Origin: an uncultured Gemmatimonadales bacterium
Lineage (GTDB): Bacteria > Gemmatimonadota > Gemmatimonadetes > Gemmatimonadales > GWC2-71-9
Length of the DNA: 64,000 nt
Assembly: GCA_963728915.1 (NCBI GenBank)
Contig: CAVSLV010000001.1
Span: forward strand, 928,001 to 992,000
Reading direction: 5' to 3'
This document shows positions 57,903-64,000 of this stretch, one piece after another (positions within the stretch are counted from its first letter, which is position 1; every line of letters begins with the position of its first letter). The notes under the pieces are model-generated. The model ran no database searches and was not told the DNA's origin. It saw nothing but the letters and a program-made list of their open reading frames with translations. A program made the translations under genes and the position numbers.

Positions 57903-60900
57903 TTATGGAAAGGGGATCGGAGCCAGGCCTGCCGCTCTCCTGGAGGCGTTGAGCTTCGAAAGCCCGGCGCCCTTGAGCGCTTCCCATTTCCCCAGGACTT
58001 CGCGCGACTCGATCCTCGCGCGGTCGCACGCAGCGAGCTGGCCAGCCGTGGGAGCAACTTCGGCCTGCTGCATGGCCATAGCCGCGTTCAGCATGGCGTT
58101 CCGAGCACTCTCCAGCGACGGGGGGCCTGACGCAGCCCTGAACCCGAACCCTCCACCGAACCCCCCCCGCGGTCGGGGGGCTGGGGCGAGGGAGTCCACC
58201 TTGGCGCGGAAGGCCGCGACATCGTTGCCCGTGACTCCCTCGAGGGCGGTGCTCAATCGGCGGGCCTCCAGAAAGGCAGCCTGGGCCGCTCTGGCGCCGT
58301 CGTACATCTCCCGAGTCAGGGACGATATCCGCGCGAGGACAACCGAAGGAGTCCTGACCCGAGGGTCGAGCCGGAGCAGCAGGGGCTGGGATTGACGCTT
58401 CCCATTCACAGTGAGACGGATCGTGTACCGCCCGGGTGGGGCCCAAGGCGAGTTGATCTCGGGATAGGTCCGGTGCGGGACGGCGCCGGTCGCGTCGATC
58501 GAACCGGCGAGCGGGCCGTCCTCGGTCGTGATCGGGGTGAACCGCATGTCCCAGCTGAACCGGTGCATTCCAGCCGTGGTCTCGAGATGCTCGACCGGGG
58601 CCGGCCAGTACAACGGAAGAGCGCAGTGAGGCGCGGTGGGGGTCGCCTGGCAGGTCCGGTTGTAGCCTTCGGGATCGCGGGCCGGATCGGGCGGCAGGGG
58701 GTCATCGCTCGAGAAAGTGCGAACCGGCTTCCCCGCCGTATCGAGGATCTCGAGAGTGATGGGTCCGCTCACGGACCCGCCGACGTAGTAGTCGATGATC
58801 GCGCCGGGGGGCGGGTTCTCGCCCGCGGGAAGCTCAGGAGGCCACGGGGTCGGCTCGTTGGTGCCGAACCTGATCCGGACAGCCGTTGCAGGCTTGAAGA
58901 GGTACGCGCTCCCCTCGGCCCTGGCCCGTTGGGCCTGGGCCGCCTGACGGAGCGGGGTGATATCGTCCAGGATCCAGAACCCCCTGCCGTGAGTCCCCGC
59001 GACCAGATCGGCGCAAAGACAGGTGCTGTCGTCCTTGATACGAATGTCACGCACCGAGATCGCGGGCATGTTGAGGCGGAGGGATCCCCAATGATCCCCA
59101 TCGTCGAAGGAGACCCAGACCTGGGTCTCGGTGGCGGCGTAGAGCAGTCCTCTCTGTCTTGGATCTTCCCGAATCGAGTTGGCGACCGCGCCGGGCGCCA
59201 TGCCGGTGTTGATCTCGACCCAGGTTTTTCCACCATCATGGGTGCGGTAGAAATGCGGGTTGTCCTCGTCGATCCGCATCGTGTTGGCCGCGGCATAGGC
59301 GGTCAGAGTATCGAAGTGTCCCGCCTCCAGGTTGAAGATCCTGGTCCACGGCTTGATGGAGGGCGGCGTGACATTCTTCCAGTCGCGTCCTCCATCGAAG
59401 GTGACCTGGAGGTTCCCGTCATCGGTGCCCGCCCAGATGACGTTCACGCTGCGGGATGAGAGGCCGAGCGCAGTGATCGAGCCCTGCGGTCGCGGGGTCA
59501 CGGTAGCGGCGTACTTCCCTGCGTTCGCAGGCACCTCCCAGGTCTGGCGGGCGAGGTCGGGGCTGATCCGGGTCCAGCTGTGCGCCCGGTCGGTCGTCTT
59601 CCAGACCACGTTCGAGGCGTAGAACAGGACGTCGGGGTTGGCGGGCGACCACTGGAGCGGCATCGTCCGCACGTTGCGACCGAATGCCTGGCCGCGCTGG
59701 GCCGGGTCGGGACCCACCAGGGTGGTCTGCCCGGTTCTCCGGTTGTAGAGCGAGACATTGGTGCGCGCGCTCCCGTAGACCATATCCGGATCGCGGGGAT
59801 CAGGCGCGGCAATACCGTACTCCTGAATGTTGACCGGATGCCAGTCGTGGAACGTGATTTGGCCGTCGTCGGAGCGGCTCGCCACGCAGCCGGATCCCGA
59901 ATCCTGCTGGCCCCCGCACAGGCGATAGGGAAAGGCGTTATCGGCGGTCACGTGGTACATCGCCGCGGTGGGCTGAGTATACCAGTTGCTCCACGACACC
60001 CCACGGTTTGCCGAGACGACGGCGCCCTGATCGGCCACCGCGAGGATGATGTCGGGATTGTCGGGGTTGATCCAGATCTTCTGGTAGTCGTCGCCACCGG
60101 GGGCGCCGCGGATCGCGGTCCACGAGTGGCCGCCGTCCTCGGTCCGCCACATCACGACCGACGCGCTGTAGACCACGTTTTCATGCTTCGGATCCACCGC
60201 GATGGTCGGCAAGTCTCCTCCCCCGATCCGGCCGAGAGGCCTCGGATCGAGGGTCACGTCGGGGTGGTCAGTGCCGGCCCCGCGGGTCACCACGACCCAG
60301 TGCTCCCCGGCATCATCGGACCGGTACATCCCGCTGGTCGGCGGATTGGAGTTGTTCGCATTGGGGCTCTGGGCTCCCGCCACCATGGCGTAGACCATTC
60401 CCGGCTTGCTCGGCGCGACGGCGAGATTCGCCTCCACCACGAGGGGCAGCCCGTCGGTGACCTGGTGCCAGGTGGCGCCGCCGTCAGCCGATCTGAAAAT
60501 GCCGCCACTCGCTCCCCCGAAGGATCCGCCCTCGACGAAACTCTGCTGCTGCTGCCACAACGCCGCATACACGATCTGCGGGTTGCCCGGATCGATGCGG
60601 ACATCGTTGCCGCTGGTATACTCGTCCTTGTACAGCACCTTCTCGAACGTGTGCCCCCCGTCCACCGACCGGTAGATCCCGCGCTCCGGGTTAGGGCCGT
60701 AGGGGTGCCCCAGCACGGCCACGAATAATCGATCCGGGTTGCCGGGATCGACGTCGATATGGGCGATCATCCGGGTTTCCCCGAGGCCGAGCCGGGTCCA
60801 GGTCCGGCCCGCATCGACCGATTTGTACATCCCGTCACCGGTGGCAAGGTCGGGACGGATGATGCCGGCGCCGCTGCCGACGTAGATCACGCTGGGGTTG

Positions 60901-61178
60901 GAGGGCGCGACGGCGATGGCCCCGATCGAGCCGGTGGATTCCGCATCGAACAGGGGCTCCCAGGTGGAGCCGTAGTCAGTGGAGCGCCACAAGCCGCCGT
61001 TATCGAAGCCGACATAGAAGACGTTCGGCTGGCTCGGTGAACCGGAGAGGGCGCGGGTCCGCCCCGCCCGGACCGGGCCGATCTCCCGCCACCGCAGGTC
61101 GCGGTACAGATCCGGGGTCTGGGCGAATCCGGCCTGCGCCGAAAGGGTGAGGGCGAAAGTGGCGAAAAGGATCCGCAT
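57903..61178 (-). CDS. Secreted BNR/Asp-box repeat (VPS10/sortilin-like) protein
   Basis: Signal peptide; many S/T.D.G.TW repeats; LRWREIGP..GR, GTHGRGFWILDD. Confidence 0.9.
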   Translation of the reverse strand: MRILFATFALTLSAQAGFAQTPDLYRDLRWREIGPVRAGRTRALSGSPSQPNVFYVGFDNGGLWRSTDYGSTWEPLFDAESTGSIGAIAVAPSNPSVIYVGSGAGIIRPDLATGDGMYKSVDAGRTWTRLGLGETRMIAHIDVDPGNPDRLFVAVLGHPYGPNPERGIYRSVDGGHTFEKVLYKDEYTSGNDVRIDPGNPQIVYAALWQQQQSFVEGGSFGGASGGIFRSADGGATWHQVTDGLPLVVEANLAVAPSKPGMVYAMVAGAQSPNANNSNPPTSGMYRSDDAGEHWVVVTRGAGTDHPDVTLDPRPLGRIGGGDLPTIAVDPKHENVVYSASVVMWRTEDGGHSWTAIRGAPGGDDYQKIWINPDNPDIILAVADQGAVVSANRGVSWSNWYTQPTAAMYHVTADNAFPYRLCGGQQDSGSGCVASRSDDGQITFHDWHPVNIQEYGIAAPDPRDPDMVYGSARTNVSLYNRRTGQTTLVGPDPAQRGQAFGRNVRTMPLQWSPANPDVLFYASNVVWKTTDRAHSWTRISPDLARQTWEVPANAGKYAATVTPRPQGSITALGLSSRSVNVIWAGTDDGNLQVTFDGGRDWKNVTPPSIKPWTRIFNLEAGHFDTLTAYAAANTMRIDEDNPHFYRTHDGGKTWVEINTGMAPGAVANSIREDPRQRGLLYAATETQVWVSFDDGDHWGSLRLNMPAISVRDIRIKDDSTCLCADLVAGTHGRGFWILDDITPLRQAAQAQRARAEGSAYLFKPATAVRIRFGTNEPTPWPPELPAGENPPPGAIIDYYVGGSVSGPITLEILDTAGKPVRTFSSDDPLPPDPARDPEGYNRTCQATPTAPHCALPLYWPAPVEHLETTAGMHRFSWDMRFTPITTEDGPLAGSIDATGAVPHRTYPEINSPWAPPGRYTIRLTVNGKRQSQPLLLRLDPRVRTPSVVLARISSLTREMYDGARAAQAAFLEARRLSTALEGVTGNDVAAFRAKVDSLAPAPRPRGGFGGGFGFRAASGPPSLESARNAMLNAAMAMQQAEVAPTAGQLAACDRARIESREVLGKWEALKGAGLSKLNASRRAAGLAPIPFP

Positions 61179-61210
61179 GCGCGCCGCTCCTGGATGGCGG
61201 GGTTTCGTTG

Positions 61211-63436
61211 TCACTCCCCGGGGTGATACTCCCGCTCGGTCCGTCCCTTGAGCTGGGAAGGATAGAAATAGACTTCGCGCAGATCGCCGGTCGCATAGCG
61301 ATGCGCCTGGTCGTTGAAGTGCGGCGACCCCGGGTTTCCGCTGAGTCCACCGGCCGTCACGGCTATCGCCCGAACACTGTCGCCGAATTCCACGACGGCG
61401 ACGAAGCTGTTGCCGCTGGTGCCGTACCACTTCTTGGTGCCGGGATACGCGCGCGCCCCGAAGGACGCGAGGGAGCCCCAGCGTGACGAGGTGAACCCGA
61501 CCGGGAGGCTCGGTCCGGCATCGTTGAACGGCTGCACGATATCCCCGGTGAGCCGCTGAAACCGGTTGACATCTCCCCACGGAGTTTTCCAGGTCCCGAA
61601 ATCGGCGGTGAGCTTATCCGACGCGACGGCGAGGGAGCGGAGCAGCACCTCCGGGGTGGCCGACGTGGCGACATAGGTCTCCGGGGAAATTCCTTTGCGT
61701 CGCGCCTCTCCCATCACCCGCCGTCCAGCCTCCTCGCCCCAGAACACGGCGAGCGACGTGGGAATCGATTGCTCCGACCATCGGTAGTCCCATCCCCGGA
61801 GGACGGCGATCTCATCCCGGAGGCGAGTCTTGAGGGAATCGCCATTCGCCGCGTGATCCCAGGCCGCGATTAGCGGTGGCAGCATTCGCTCGAAGGCCGG
61901 CAGATAGCTGTCATAAGCCGCGGCGCGAAGCGACTCCACGGTGAAATCCTTGCGATTCTGGAGCACTCGAACCGCATGATAGCCCCTGGGCGTCTCTTCG
62001 GCCCCCCGCTCCACGTACGCAGGGAACGCGTCCCGCTTCGGACTGGCGGGCCCGGCAGCGGACCAGGGCCAGTTGTTGGAGTTGTAGAGCCACCCGGTCG
62101 AGGGGTTCAGAAGATTGGGCGATTCGTCGATGGAGAGGACACCGTGCCAATCGGTGGCCGGGTCGCTGCCGTCCACCGGGCGGGACCAGTCGAAGCCGGG
62201 ATCCCGCTTCGGGATGAAGTTCGCGTGGAAGTAGGCGATGTTGCCCTTCGAGTCGGCGAAGATCGTGTTGTTGGACGAATTGGTGTGGAGCTCCATGGTC
62301 TTCCGGAACTCCTGGTAATCGTTGGCCTTGGTGCGGCTGTAGGACTGGATCAAGGCCTTGATGGGATCCTGCATGAGGCGCGTGGTGACCCACTGGGCGT
62401 CGGCCTTGCGGACCACCGGGCCGTGGATGGTGCGGTAGGTCGTGAAGGTCCGCTGGGCCAGGCCCGCCGGGGTTCGGTACTTGATGGTGACGGAGGACTT
62501 TTCGAACGGTCGGGGATTCCCTACCCCGTAACGATACCACGGCCCCCCGGTTCCCTGCACCACCGTCTCGAGGTACTCGTCGATGTTGTCCACGCCGCTC
62601 GAGGTGTGCATCCAGCCGGCATGTTGGTTGAAGCCCTGGTAGACGAAGAACTGTCCCCAGGTCACCGCGCCGTAGGCGTTGAGTCCTTCATCGCTCGTCA
62701 TCTGGAGCTCGGAGCGGAAATAGAACGACGTATGAGGGTTGATCAGGAGCAGGGCGTGGTGGTTCGCGGTGTTGGACGGCGCGATCGCCACTCCATTCGA
62801 GCCCGATGGCTCCGGTGCCGGAGTCAGGGGGTCGTCTCCTCTTGCCGGCTGCCCGTCGTCGGGCTGGGGCGCCGAGCTGTCGTAAAAGGCACGAAGCTGC
62901 TTGAGGTTGATGCGCTCGATGTCACCCCCGATGCTCCCTTCTGTGAAACTCAGGGCCATCCAGGGTTCGAACCGGGTCAGTACCCGGGGTTTGACCTCGG
63001 GATGCTTCGAGAGAAAGAAATTGAGCCCATCGGCCCAGGCGTTCATGAGCTGTTGAAGCCACTCAGGGCTCTGGCGATACCAGGACTTGAGGCTGTCGTC
63101 ACCGATGTAGAGCCGCATTCGAAGGTCGCTCCAGATCGCCGAATCTCCCTCCGCCTCGGCCAGGCGGCCCATGGCATTGAGGTAATTGACCTCGATCCGG
63201 TTGAAGTCATCCTCGGCCTGAGCGTAGATCATCCCGAACGCGGCATCCGCGTCGGTCTTTCCCCGGACGTGAGCGATACCCCAGGTGTCGCGGGTGATGG
63301 TGACCTGTCTCGCCTCCTGATTCCATCGAGCGATTTCGGGGGACGCTGTCTGGCGGGAAAAACCGAAAAGACCGAGAAACCCCGTGAGGGCTGCCGCTCC
63401 CAGCAGGCTGCGGCGTGATGTGACCGATAATGTCAT
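61211..63436 (-). CDS. Penicillin acylase family (S45 Ntn-hydrolase)
   Basis: ITRDTWGIAHV, YAQAEDD, GSNG nucleophile, LLINPH; SRR N-terminus (possible Tat signal). Confidence 0.92.
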   Translation of the reverse strand: MTLSVTSRRSLLGAAALTGFLGLFGFSRQTASPEIARWNQEARQVTITRDTWGIAHVRGKTDADAAFGMIYAQAEDDFNRIEVNYLNAMGRLAEAEGDSAIWSDLRMRLYIGDDSLKSWYRQSPEWLQQLMNAWADGLNFFLSKHPEVKPRVLTRFEPWMALSFTEGSIGGDIERINLKQLRAFYDSSAPQPDDGQPARGDDPLTPAPEPSGSNGVAIAPSNTANHHALLLINPHTSFYFRSELQMTSDEGLNAYGAVTWGQFFVYQGFNQHAGWMHTSSGVDNIDEYLETVVQGTGGPWYRYGVGNPRPFEKSSVTIKYRTPAGLAQRTFTTYRTIHGPVVRKADAQWVTTRLMQDPIKALIQSYSRTKANDYQEFRKTMELHTNSSNNTIFADSKGNIAYFHANFIPKRDPGFDWSRPVDGSDPATDWHGVLSIDESPNLLNPSTGWLYNSNNWPWSAAGPASPKRDAFPAYVERGAEETPRGYHAVRVLQNRKDFTVESLRAAAYDSYLPAFERMLPPLIAAWDHAANGDSLKTRLRDEIAVLRGWDYRWSEQSIPTSLAVFWGEEAGRRVMGEARRKGISPETYVATSATPEVLLRSLAVASDKLTADFGTWKTPWGDVNRFQRLTGDIVQPFNDAGPSLPVGFTSSRWGSLASFGARAYPGTKKWYGTSGNSFVAVVEFGDSVRAIAVTAGGLSGNPGSPHFNDQAHRYATGDLREVYFYPSQLKGRTEREYHPGE

Positions 63437-63461
63437 GGAGAGATAATAACGCGGATTCGAG

Positions 63462-63773
63462 TCAGCGCAGCCAGAATGGGTCCCGCCAGCTCGCGGCCAC
63501 CATCGCCCAGGCGAAAATGACGGCGCTGGCCAGTCCGGCCAGCAGGCGACCGAGAAGAGAAATGCGATGGAGGGGGCGGATCGCCTTGGGAAGCCAGATC
63601 CAGACCAGAATGAATCCCAGGCCGTTGCCGAGCAGGGTGACCGCCCAGCGGGGGATGAGCTCGATCGAGGCGAGATACAGCGCGATCGACAGGCCCAGCA
63701 GAATGTTCAGGGCGGCGAGCGGAATCACCCTGCCCCAGCGAGCCCGACCCCGGGCCCGATCATAGAGGAACAT
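63462..63773 (-). CDS. Small hypothetical membrane protein (about 3 TM)
   Basis: 103 aa with three hydrophobic stretches. Confidence 0.6.
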   Translation of the reverse strand: MFLYDRARGRARWGRVIPLAALNILLGLSIALYLASIELIPRWAVTLLGNGLGFILVWIWLPKAIRPLHRISLLGRLLAGLASAVIFAWAMVAASWRDPFWLR

Positions 63774-63893
63774 GGCAAGCAGATTGTGCGGGTTCGAGCC
63801 AACGGCCTTTGCGAGTCTAATGCCAGGGCGAGCACGCGAGAAGGGGCCGCCGGCTCGCTGGGAACCGTCGGCCCCTCACCCCCACCGGATGTT

Positions 63894-64000
63894 CTACCGG
63901 GTGGCCAGTTCCCGGACCGCCGACGCGAGCATCCGCACCTTCGCCGGATCGCTCGATCCGGCGGCATCCCGATCGAGTGCGGCCGAGAGTCTCGTCAAGG
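63894..64000 (-). CDS. 3' end of a gene entering from beyond the window
   Basis: ...LTRLSAALDRDAAGSSDPAKVRMLASAVRELATR*; hairpin AGGGGCCG/CGGCCCCT at 63842-63877. Confidence 0.55.
   Translation of the reverse strand, partial: LTRLSAALDRDAAGSSDPAKVRMLASAVRELATR

Overview
GC-rich bacterial chromosomal window. Gene content and style suggest Gemmatimonadota (inference only). Most of it is housekeeping: nuoA-L, dcd, mdh, trmL, moaADE, HU, carA, secG, tpiA-pgk-gap, comF-aroE-LMW phosphatase-tsaC-ispD-radA-dnaB-UDG-rpoZ-gmk-yicC, pepA, tRNA-Leu(CAA), an ECF sigma module, a cluster of secreted peptidases and amidohydrolases, rplU-rpmA and an Rne/Rng ribonuclease. The most interesting part is a lower-GC accessory cassette at about 50.9-54.4 kb. 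It holds a 59-aa secreted six-cysteine peptide gene that the ORF track misses (52865..53044, minus strand). That gene is co-oriented with a CxxC thioredoxin-like lipoprotein, a beta-propeller protein and a stand-alone TonB-plug-like protein. A divergent orphan NarL/LuxR regulator and a 9-2-9 palindrome lie upstream, and a decayed IS3 lies downstream. A second accessory unit beside tRNA-Leu encodes an atypical alpha/beta-hydrolase lipoprotein, an O-antigen-ligase/TPR protein and a 49-aa membrane peptide. Also noted: a long structured leader upstream of the Rne/Rng gene, three probable non-canonical start codons, and eight homopolymer frameshifts that look like long-read errors.
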